Below are positions 25,823 through 33,563 of a DNA stretch of 33,563 nucleotides, in pieces (position 1 is the stretch's first letter; every line of letters starts with the position of its first letter). The notes under the pieces were generated by a model, which was not told the DNA's origin, searched no databases, and saw only the letters and a list, made by a program, of their open reading frames with translations. The DNA is from a virus (taxonomy: Duplodnaviria; Heunggongvirae; Uroviricota; Caudoviricetes). A program made the position numbers and the translations under genes. The DNA is taken from the IMG/VR virus record IMGVR_UViG_2690316149_000019; one strand, given 5' to 3'.

Positions 25823-27013
25823 ATGAGTGACTATCATCACGGTGTGCAGGTGCTGGAGATTAACGACGGCACCCGCGTCATTTCCACCGTATCCACGGCC
25901 ATTGTCGGCATGGTCTGCACGGCCAGCGATGCGGATGCGGAAACCTTCCCCCTCAATAAACCGGTGCTGATTACCAATGTGCAGAGCGCAATTGCAAAGG
26001 CCGGTAAAAAAGGCACGCTGGCGGCATCGTTGCAGGCCATCGCCGACCAGTCAAAACCGGTCACCGTTGTCGTGCGTGTGGAAGACGGCACCGGCGACGA
26101 CGAGGAAACGAAACTCGCGCAGACCGTTTCCAATATCATCGGCACCACTGACGAAAACGGTCAGTACACCGGACTGAAAGCCCTGCTGGCGGCGGAGTCG
26201 GTAACCGGTGTTAAACCGCGTATTCTTGGTGTGCCGGGGCTGGATACCAAAGAGGTGGCTGTTGCACTGGCATCAGTCTGTCAGAAGCTGCGCGCTTTCG
26301 GATATATCAGCGCATGGGGCTGTAAAACCATTTCCGAGGTGAAAGCCTACCGCCAGAATTTCAGCCAGCGTGAGCTGATGGTCATCTGGCCGGATTTCCT
26401 CGCATGGGATACGGTCACCAGTACCACCGCCACCGCGTATGCCACCGCCCGTGCGCTGGGTCTGCGTGCCAAAATCGACCAGGAGCAGGGCTGGCATAAA
26501 ACGCTGTCCAACGTCGGGGTAAACGGTGTTACCGGCATCAGCGCATCTGTATTCTGGGATTTGCAGGAGTCCGGCACCGATGCTGACCTGCTTAACGAGT
26601 CAGGCGTCACTACGCTGATTCGCCGCGACGGTTTCCGATTCTGGGGTAACCGTACCTGCTCTGATGACCCGCTGTTCCTCTTTGAAAACTACACCCGCAC
26701 CGCGCAGGTGCTGGCCGACACGATGGCTGAGGCGCACATGTGGGCGGTGGACAAGCCCATCACTGCAACGCTGATTCGCGACATTGTTGACGGCATCAAT
26801 GCCAAATTCCGTGAGCTGAAAACAAACGGCTATATCGTGGATGCGACCTGCTGGTTCAGCGAAGAATCCAACGATGCGGAAACCCTCAAGGCCGGAAAAC
26901 TGTATATCGACTACGACTATACACCGGTGCCTCCTCTTGAAAACCTGACCCTGCGCCAGCGTATTACCGATAAATACCTGGCAAATCTGGTCACCTCGGT
27001 TAACAGCAATTAA
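25823..27013 (+). CDS. FI: Tail sheath protein
   Basis: 396 aa, P2 gpFI length and position. Confidence 0.9.
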   Translation: MSDYHHGVQVLEINDGTRVISTVSTAIVGMVCTASDADAETFPLNKPVLITNVQSAIAKAGKKGTLAASLQAIADQSKPVTVVVRVEDGTGDDEETKLAQTVSNIIGTTDENGQYTGLKALLAAESVTGVKPRILGVPGLDTKEVAVALASVCQKLRAFGYISAWGCKTISEVKAYRQNFSQRELMVIWPDFLAWDTVTSTTATAYATARALGLRAKIDQEQGWHKTLSNVGVNGVTGISASVFWDLQESGTDADLLNESGVTTLIRRDGFRFWGNRTCSDDPLFLFENYTRTAQVLADTMAEAHMWAVDKPITATLIRDIVDGINAKFRELKTNGYIVDATCWFSEESNDAETLKAGKLYIDYDYTPVPPLENLTLRQRITDKYLANLVTSVNSN

Positions 27014-27025
27014 GGAGCCTGACCG

Positions 27026-27544
27026 ATGGCAATGCCGCGCAAACTCAAGTTAATGAACGTCTTTCTGAACGGCTACAGCTATCAGGGCGTCGCGAAGTCC
27101 GTCACGCTGCCAAAACTGACCCGTAAGCTCGAAAACTATCGCGGTGCGGGGATGAACGGCAGCGCACCGGTAGACCTCGGCCTTGATGACGATGCGCTGT
27201 CAATGGAGTGGTCGCTCGGTGGCTTCCCGGATTCGGTTATCTGGGAGCTTTACGCCGCAACCGGTGTGGATGCCGTACCGATTCGTTTTGCAGGCTCTTA
27301 CCAGCGCGACGATACCGGCGAAACGGTGGCCGTCGAGGTGGTCATGCGTGGCCGTCAGAAAGAAATCGATACCGGCGAGGGTAAACAAGGAGAAGACACC
27401 GAGTCGAAAATCTCCGTGGTCTGCACCTATTTCCGGTTGACGATGGACGGTAAGGAGCTGGTCGAAATCGACACCATCAACATGATTGAGAAGGTGAACG
27501 GCGTCGACCGGCTGGAGCAACACCGCCGCAATATCGGCCTGTGA
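27026..27544 (+). CDS. FII: Tail tube protein
   Basis: 172 aa, P2 gpFII length and position. Confidence 0.9.
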   Translation: MAMPRKLKLMNVFLNGYSYQGVAKSVTLPKLTRKLENYRGAGMNGSAPVDLGLDDDALSMEWSLGGFPDSVIWELYAATGVDAVPIRFAGSYQRDDTGETVAVEVVMRGRQKEIDTGEGKQGEDTESKISVVCTYFRLTMDGKELVEIDTINMIEKVNGVDRLEQHRRNIGL

Positions 27545-27600
27545 TTTTCATCCGGTCAGCCTGGCTGACCGGTTAACCCCGATTCAGAAGTGAGAAAACC

Positions 27601-27876
27601 ATGAACAAAGAAAACGTCATTACCCTGGATAATCCGGTCAAGCGTGGTGAACAGGTTATCGAACAGGTCACGCTGATGAAACCCAATGCCGGGACGCTGC
27701 GCGGTGTCAGTCTGGCTGCGGTCGCGAACTCTGAAGTCGATGCACTGATTAAGGTGCTGCCGCGCATGACGGCACCGATGCTGACCGAGCAGGAAGTCGC
27801 CGCGCTGGAACTGCCTGACCTTGTGGCGCTGGCCGGTAAGGTGGTCGGTTTTTTGTCGCCGAACTCGGTGCAGTGA
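27601..27876 (+). CDS. E: Tail assembly chaperone E
   Basis: 91 aa; contains the slippery heptamer T_TTT_TTG at 27849-27855 near its 3' end. Confidence 0.85.
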   Translation: MNKENVITLDNPVKRGEQVIEQVTLMKPNAGTLRGVSLAAVANSEVDALIKVLPRMTAPMLTEQEVAALELPDLVALAGKVVGFLSPNSVQ

Positions 27877-28028
27877 CGTTTCCGAAAAATCTCTCGGTCG
27901 ATGACCTGATGGCGGATGTGGCAGTGATATTTCACTGGCCGCCATCAGAACTGTATCCCATGAGCCTGACCGAACTCATCACATGGCGCGAAAAGGCGCT
28001 CCGGCGAAGCGGAAACACGAATGAGTAA
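27601..28028 (+). CDS. E': Tail assembly chaperone E+E', made by programmed -1 ribosomal frameshift at about 27855
   Basis: After the TTTTTTG slip the -1 frame is open for 58 codons (VAELGAVTFPKNLSVDDLMADVAVIFHWPPSELYPMSLTELITWREKALRRSGNTNE) and ends at TAA 28026-28028, overlapping the T start. Gives a 142-aa fusion, as in P2. Confidence 0.75.
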
Positions 28029-30468
28029 CAATGTAAAATTACAGGTATTGCTCAGGGCTGTTGACCAGGCATCCCGCCCGTTTAAATCCATCCGCACAGC
28101 GAGCAAGTCGCTGTCGGGGGATATCCGGGAAACACAAAAATCACTGCGCGAGCTGAACGGTCACGCATCCCGTATTGAGGGATTTCGCAAGACCAGTGCG
28201 CAGCTCGCCGTGACTGGTCATGCACTTGAAAAGGCACGGCAGGAAGCCGAAGCCCTTGCCACACAGTTTAAAAACACCGAACGTCCGACCCGTGCTCAGG
28301 CGAAAGTGCTGGAATCCGCAAAGCGTGCGGCGGAGGACTTACAGGCGAAATATAACCGCCTGACGGATTCCGTTAAACGCCAGCAGCGGGAACTGGCCGC
28401 TGTGGGAATTAATACCCGCAATCTTGCACATGATGAGCAGGGGCTGAAAAACCGTATCAGTGAAACCACCGCACAGCTTAACCGGCAGCGTGACGCGCTG
28501 GCGCGTGTCAGTGCACAACAGGCAAAACTTAACGCAGTCAAACAGCGTTATCAGGCAGGAAAAGAACTTGCCGGAAATATGGCCTCAGTGGGCGCTGCCG
28601 GTGTGGGGATTGCGGCGGCGGGAACGATGGCCGGAGTTAAGCTGCTGATGCCCGGTTATGAGTTTGCGCAGAAAAACTCAGAATTGCAGGCCGTGCTCGG
28701 TGTGGCAAAAGATTCCGCCGAAATGGCCGCGCTCCGCAAACAGGCGCGCCAGCTCGGCGACAATACCGCCGCCTCAGCGGATGATGCGGCCGGTGCGCAG
28801 ATTATCATTGCGAAAGCGGGTGGAGATGCTGCGGCTATTCAGGCGGCAACGCCGGTCACGCTGAATATGGCACTGGCGAATCAGCGGTCGATGGAAGAAA
28901 ACGCGCAACTGTTGCTGGGGACTAAGGCATCCTTTCAACTGTCAAATGATGATGTCAGCCATGTGGGCGACGTGTTGTCGGCAACGATGAATAAGTCGGC
29001 GGCTGATTTTCAGGGACTCAGTGATGCACTGACTTACCTCGGTCCGGTTGCGAGGACGGCAGGTGTAAGTCTTGAACAGGCAGCGGCCATGACAGGTGTG
29101 CTGCATGACAATAACATCAGGGGGTCAATGGCGGGTACGGGTGGCAGTGCCGTTGTCACCCGATTACAGGCACCGACTGGAAAAGCATGGGATGCACTCA
29201 AAGAGCTTGGCGTTAAAACCTCGGACAAAAAGGGAAATATGCGTCCGTTGTTCACCATTCTGAAAGAGATTCAGGCCAGCTTTGATAAACACAAGCTGGG
29301 AACGTCTCAGAAGGGGGAATACCTTAAAACCATTTTTGGTGAGGAAGCCCTGAAATCAGCGAACGTTTTACTGGCAGCGGCTGCAAGCGGAAAACTGGAT
29401 AAGCTGACCGCCACACTGAAAGCCTCAGACGGTAAAACGGAAGAGCTGGTTAAAATCATGCAGGACAACCTCGGCGGTGACTTTAAGGAGTTTCAGTCCG
29501 CTTATGAAGCGGTGGGGACTGACCTGTTTGACCAGCAGGAAGGCGCACTGCGTAAGCTCACGCAGACGGCCACAAAGTATGTGTTAAAACTCGACGGCTG
29601 GATACAGAAAAACAAATCACTGGCGTCAACCATTGGCCTAATTGCCGGTGGCGCGCTGGCGCTTACTGGCATCATCGGTGCCATTGGTCTTGTAGCCTGG
29701 CCGGTTATCACCGGCATCAATGCCATCATCGCGGCAGCAGGCGCAATGGGGGCAATCTTCACGACGGTTGGCAGTGCTGTTATGACCGCCATCGGGGCGA
29801 TTAGCTGGCCGGTTGTGGCCGTGGTGGCCGCCATTGTCGCCGGGGCGTTGCTTATCCGTAAATACTGGGAGCCTGTCAGCGCATTCTTTGGCGGTGTGAT
29901 GGAAGGGCTGAAAGCGGCATTTGCGCCGGTGGGGGAACTGTTCACGCCACTTAAGCCGGTGTTTGACTGGCTGGGCGAAAAGTTACAGGCCGCGTGGCAG
30001 TGGTTTAAAAACCTGATTGCCCCGGTCAAAGCCACCCAGGACACCCTGAACCGTTGCCGTGATACTGGCGTCATGTTCGGGCAGGCACTGGCTGACGCGC
30101 TGATGCTGCCGCTTAATGCGTTCAACAAACTGCGCAGCGGAATTGACTGGGTACTGGAAAAACTCGGTGTTATCAACAAAGAGTCAGACACACTTGACCA
30201 GACCGCCGCCAGAACTCAAGCCGCCACGTATGGCAGCGGTGGTTATATTCCGGCGACCAGCTCTTATGCAGGCTATCAGGCTTATCAGCCGGTTACGGCA
30301 CCGGCTGGCCGCTCTTATGTGGACCAGAGTAAAAACGAATATCACATCAGCCTGACGGGTGGTACTGCGCCGGGGACACAGCTTGACCGCCAGTTACAGG
30401 ATGCGCTCGAAAAATACGAGCGGGATAAACGTGCGCGCGCCCGTGCCAGCATGATGCATGACGGTTAA
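28021..30468 (+). CDS. T: Tail tape measure protein
   Basis: 815 aa with an alpha-helical N-terminal half and a Gly/Ala-rich hydrophobic segment; P2 gpT length and position. Confidence 0.9.
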   Translation: MSNNVKLQVLLRAVDQASRPFKSIRTASKSLSGDIRETQKSLRELNGHASRIEGFRKTSAQLAVTGHALEKARQEAEALATQFKNTERPTRAQAKVLESAKRAAEDLQAKYNRLTDSVKRQQRELAAVGINTRNLAHDEQGLKNRISETTAQLNRQRDALARVSAQQAKLNAVKQRYQAGKELAGNMASVGAAGVGIAAAGTMAGVKLLMPGYEFAQKNSELQAVLGVAKDSAEMAALRKQARQLGDNTAASADDAAGAQIIIAKAGGDAAAIQAATPVTLNMALANQRSMEENAQLLLGTKASFQLSNDDVSHVGDVLSATMNKSAADFQGLSDALTYLGPVARTAGVSLEQAAAMTGVLHDNNIRGSMAGTGGSAVVTRLQAPTGKAWDALKELGVKTSDKKGNMRPLFTILKEIQASFDKHKLGTSQKGEYLKTIFGEEALKSANVLLAAAASGKLDKLTATLKASDGKTEELVKIMQDNLGGDFKEFQSAYEAVGTDLFDQQEGALRKLTQTATKYVLKLDGWIQKNKSLASTIGLIAGGALALTGIIGAIGLVAWPVITGINAIIAAAGAMGAIFTTVGSAVMTAIGAISWPVVAVVAAIVAGALLIRKYWEPVSAFFGGVMEGLKAAFAPVGELFTPLKPVFDWLGEKLQAAWQWFKNLIAPVKATQDTLNRCRDTGVMFGQALADALMLPLNAFNKLRSGIDWVLEKLGVINKESDTLDQTAARTQAATYGSGGYIPATSSYAGYQAYQPVTAPAGRSYVDQSKNEYHISLTGGTAPGTQLDRQLQDALEKYERDKRARARASMMHDG

Positions 30469-30482
30469 GGAGGTGACGAAAA

Positions 30483-30962
30483 ATGATGCTCGCGTTAGGT
30501 ATGTTTGTTTTTATGCGCCAGACGCTGCCACACCAGACCATGCAGCGTGAATCAGATTATCGCTGGCCGTCAAATTCCCGTATCGGTAAACGGGATGCCT
30601 TTCAGTTTCTCGGTGTGGGTGAGGAAAACATCACACTTGCCGGCGTGCTTTATCCCGAACTGACCGGCGGGAAGCTGACGATGACCACGCTCAGGCTGAT
30701 GGCAGAGGAAGGCCGGGCGTGGCCGTTGCTGGATGGCACCGGCATGATTTACGGCATGTATGTCATCAGCAAGGTGAGTGAAACAGGGAGTATTTTCTTT
30801 GCAGATGGCACACCCCGAAAAATTGATTTTACGCTGTCGCTCACCCGCGTTGATGAATCACTGGCCGCGCTTTATGGCGATATCGGTAAACAGGCGGAAT
30901 CGCTCATCGGTAAGGCTGGCAGTATGGCGACTAAATTCACGGGTATGACGGGGGCGGGATAA
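30483..30962 (+). CDS. U: Tail protein U
   Basis: 159 aa, P2 gpU length and position. Confidence 0.85.
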   Translation: MMLALGMFVFMRQTLPHQTMQRESDYRWPSNSRIGKRDAFQFLGVGEENITLAGVLYPELTGGKLTMTTLRLMAEEGRAWPLLDGTGMIYGMYVISKVSETGSIFFADGTPRKIDFTLSLTRVDESLAALYGDIGKQAESLIGKAGSMATKFTGMTGAG

Positions 30963-32125
30963 TGCTGGATGCGCTGACATTTGATGCAGGCAGTACGCTG
31001 ACGCCGGATTACATGCTGATGCTCGACAGCAGGGATATTACCGGCAATATCAGCGACCGTCTGATGAGCATGACCCTGACGGATAACCGGGGCTTTGAGG
31101 CTGACCAGCTTGATATTGAACTGAACGATGCCGACGGGCAGGTCGGGCTGCCGGTTCGTGGCGCTGTCCTGACGGTGTATATCGGCTGGAAAGGTTTTGC
31201 CCTGGTATGCAAAGGGAAATTTACCGTTGATGAGGTTGAACACCGGGGCGCACCGGATGTGGTCACCATCCGCGCCCGGAGTGCAGATTTTCGCGGGACG
31301 CTCAATTCCCGCCGTGAAGGCTCCTGGCATGACACCACGCTCGGTGCGATTGTTGAGGCGATAGCCTCCCGTAACAGGCTGGAAGCCAGTGTCGTTCCAT
31401 CACTGGCCGGAATTAAAATCCCGCACATCGACCAGTCGCAGGAGTCTGATGCAAAATTCCTGACCCGCCTTGCTGAACGCAACGGCGGTGAGGTGTCGGT
31501 AAAAATGGGAAAACTGTTGTTTCTCAAAGCGGGGCAGGGGGTGACGGCCAGCGGTAAAAAAGTCCCGCAGGTCACCATAACCCGCAGCGACGGCGACCGC
31601 CATCATTTTGCGATTGCTGACCGTGGAGCCTATACCGGCGTAACGGCAAAGTGGTTACACACCAAAGACCCGAAGCCGCAAAAGCAGAAGGTAAAACTGA
31701 AACGCAAAAAGAAAGAGAAACACCTGCGCGCACTGGAGCACCCGAAAGCGAAACCAGTCACGCAGAAGAAAGCGCCAAAAGTACCGGAAGCGCGCGAAGG
31801 TGAATACATGGCCGGTGAGGCTGACAACGTTTTTGCACTGACCACGGTATATGCCACGAAAGCACAGGCCATGCGCGCCGCTCAGGCGAAGTGGGATAAA
31901 CTGCAACGGGGTGTGGCGGAGTTCTCCATCAGCCTGGCTACCGGTCGGGCAGATATTTACACGGAAACACCGGTTAAAGTGTCAGGCTTTAAGCGCGTCA
32001 TAGACGAGCAGGACTGGACAATCACTAAGGTGACACATTTTCTGAATAATAGCGGCTTCACGACGTCCTTAGAGCTTGAGGTCAGGCTTTCTGATGTGGA
32101 GTACGAAACCGAAGATGATGAGTGA
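30962..32125 (+). CDS. D: Tail protein D (late control D)
   Basis: 387 aa with an internal highly basic, lysine-rich segment; P2 gpD length and position. Confidence 0.88.
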   Translation: MLDALTFDAGSTLTPDYMLMLDSRDITGNISDRLMSMTLTDNRGFEADQLDIELNDADGQVGLPVRGAVLTVYIGWKGFALVCKGKFTVDEVEHRGAPDVVTIRARSADFRGTLNSRREGSWHDTTLGAIVEAIASRNRLEASVVPSLAGIKIPHIDQSQESDAKFLTRLAERNGGEVSVKMGKLLFLKAGQGVTASGKKVPQVTITRSDGDRHHFAIADRGAYTGVTAKWLHTKDPKPQKQKVKLKRKKKEKHLRALEHPKAKPVTQKKAPKVPEAREGEYMAGEADNVFALTTVYATKAQAMRAAQAKWDKLQRGVAEFSISLATGRADIYTETPVKVSGFKRVIDEQDWTITKVTHFLNNSGFTTSLELEVRLSDVEYETEDDE

Positions 32126-32206
32126 TGTTTTTATTTTATCTGTTTGTTTTATAAGGATAAATTAACTAAAATGGCACCATCAACAAAACCGGAAGAGGTG
32201 CTCGCG

Positions 32207-32425
32207 ATGTTTCATTGTCCTTTATGCCAGCATGCCGCACATGCGCGTACAAGCCGCTATATCACTGACACGACAAAAGAGCGTTATCACCAGTGTCAGA
32301 ACGTGAATTGCAGCGCCACGTTCATCACTTATGAGTCGGTACAGCGATACATCGTGAAGCCGGGAGAAGTCCACGCCGTAAGGCCGCACCCGTTACCATC
32401 AGGACAGCAAATTATGTGGATGTGA
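32207..32425 (+). CDS. ogr: Zinc-finger late gene activator Ogr
   Basis: 72 aa from MFHCPLCQHAAHARTSRYITDTTKERYHQCQNVNCSATF, with the four-cysteine zinc finger; GGAAGAGG ribosome-binding site upstream. The six-frame ORF start at 32144 is an upstream extension. Confidence 0.9.
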   Translation: MFHCPLCQHAAHARTSRYITDTTKERYHQCQNVNCSATFITYESVQRYIVKPGEVHAVRPHPLPSGQQIMWM

Positions 32426-32435
32426 TCACAAAAAT

Positions 32436-32460
32436 AGCCCCTCAGTTGAGGGGCTTATTT
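32436..32460 (+). terminator. Rho-independent terminator after ogr
   Basis: agcccctca (loop) tgaggggct followed by tattta. Confidence 0.6.
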
Positions 32461-32467
32461 ATGGTCG

Positions 32468-32486
32468 ATGTGGACGCTATGTGGAC
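32468..32486. promoter_or_regulatory. Two direct ATGTGGAC motifs 11 bp apart; candidate arm-type integrase binding sites on the right arm
   Basis: atgtggacgctatgtggac, the same motif and spacing as at 153-171. Confidence 0.45.
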
Positions 32487-32535
32487 AGTGCTTGATATAA
32501 ATCCATTTATATCATCAGGTTAGGTGCTTTTTTGT

Positions 32536-32582
32536 GACACCATCCCTGTCTTCCCCCACATGATGTGGGGTTTTTTTTTATC
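32536..32582. repeat. attR: attR core: 47-bp direct repeat of 24-70
   Basis: 46 of 47 positions identical to the attL copy; includes the same terminator-like hairpin and T-tract. Confidence 0.85.
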
Positions 32583-32660
32583 CTCAATTTGCCTGCTGCT
32601 TAATGCATTGCAGATGATTTGCTTCCGTTATACTAGCGTCAGTTGATAGCGGGAGTATTT

Positions 32661-33563
32661 ATGAATCAATCTTATGGACGGCTGGTCAGTCGGGCGGCGA
32701 TTGCTGCGACGGCGATGGCTTCGTTGCTATTGCTGATTAAAATTTTTGCATGGTGGTATACCGGGTCGGTGAGTATTCTCGCCGCGCTGGTGGATTCGCT
32801 GGTGGATATCGGCGCGTCGTTGACGAATTTATTGGTGGTGCGATATTCCCTGCAACCTGCCGACGATAATCACTCGTTTGGTCACGGTAAAGCTGAGTCC
32901 CTCGCGGCGCTGGCGCAAAGTATGTTTATCTCCGGTTCGGCACTATTCCTGTTTTTGACGGGTATTCAACATCTGATATCTCCAACACCGATGACAGATC
33001 CAGGCGTCGGGGTTATCGTGACAATTGTGGCGCTAATTTGTACGATTATCCTTGTCTCGTTTCAGCGTTGGGTGGTGCGGCGGACGCAAAGCCAGGCGGT
33101 GCGGGCTGATATGCTACATTACCAGTCTGATGTTATGATGAACGGCGCAATTCTGCTGGCGCTGGGGTTGTCCTGGTACGGCTGGCATCGCGCCGATGCT
33201 CTGTTTGCATTGGGAATCGGCATCTATATTTTATATAGCGCGTTACGCATGGGATATGAGGCGGTACAGTCATTACTGGATCGCGCATTGCCTGATGAGG
33301 AACGGCAAGAAATTATTGATATCGTGACTTCCTGGCCGGGTGTTAGCGGCGCTCACGATCTTCGCACGCGGCAGTCAGGGCCGACCCGCTTTATTCAGAT
33401 TCATTTGGAAATGGAAGACTCTCTGCCTTTGGTTCAGGCACATATGGTGGCGGATCAGGTAGAGCAGGCTATTTTACGGCGTTTTCCGGGATCGGATGTA
33501 ATTATCCATCAGGACCCCTGTTCCGTCGTACCCAGGGAGGGTAAACGGTCTATGCTTTCATAA
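32661..33563 (+). CDS. fieF: Cation diffusion facilitator FieF (ferrous-iron/zinc efflux), host gene
   Basis: 300 aa from [54 protein letters not shown], recognised as enterobacterial FieF/YiiP. The stop codon is the last triplet of the window. Confidence 0.9.

Noticed and set aside
29502-30191. 229-aa minus-strand ORF inside T, and similar antisense ORFs inside P (9816-10292), N, M (13629-14228), D (31009-31578) and the E/E' region (27556-27945)
   Set aside because: All are fully contained antisense to well-supported structural genes in GC-rich DNA, where long spurious ORFs are expected; none has a ribosome-binding site or recognisable domain.
1-33563. Insertion sequences, transposases or antibiotic-resistance genes
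   Set aside because: No transposase-like ORF or terminal inverted repeats were recognised; all large ORFs are accounted for by phage or host functions.

Overview
The window is almost entirely one intact P2-family (Peduovirus-like) temperate prophage of about 32.6 kb, bounded by 47-bp direct repeats at 24-70 (attL) and 32536-32582 (attR). The host gene fieF (ferrous-iron/zinc efflux) follows attR, and the window starts with a TAA that is probably the stop codon of the upstream host gene (cpxP in the E. coli K-12 gene order). Gene order is the canonical P2 layout: int, C, cox, B, four small early genes, A, accessory locus, cos, Q, P, O, N, M, L, X, Y, K, lysA, lysB/lysC, R, S, moron, V, W, J, I, H, G, moron, FI, FII, E/E', T, U, D, ogr. 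All product calls come from reading the translated ORFs against recalled P2 proteins and motifs; no database search was run. Three positions carry non-core cargo. The most interesting are the A-to-cos locus (5970-8118), which holds an ASCH/DUF3850-like protein, a small unknown protein, an ImmA/IrrE-type HEXXH metallopeptidase and a two-helix membrane protein, and the G-to-FI locus (23840-25822), an AT-rich insert encoding a trypsin-like serine protease with an unknown N-terminal domain. Both are candidate, uncharacterised anti-phage or superinfection-exclusion systems. The third is an AT-rich membrane-protein gene between S and V (17764-18549). Other points: the att core coincides with a terminator hairpin (plausibly the 3' end of the CpxQ sRNA), the immunity repressor has a divergent N-terminus, and tail fibre gene H carries four tandem 132-bp in-frame repeats.
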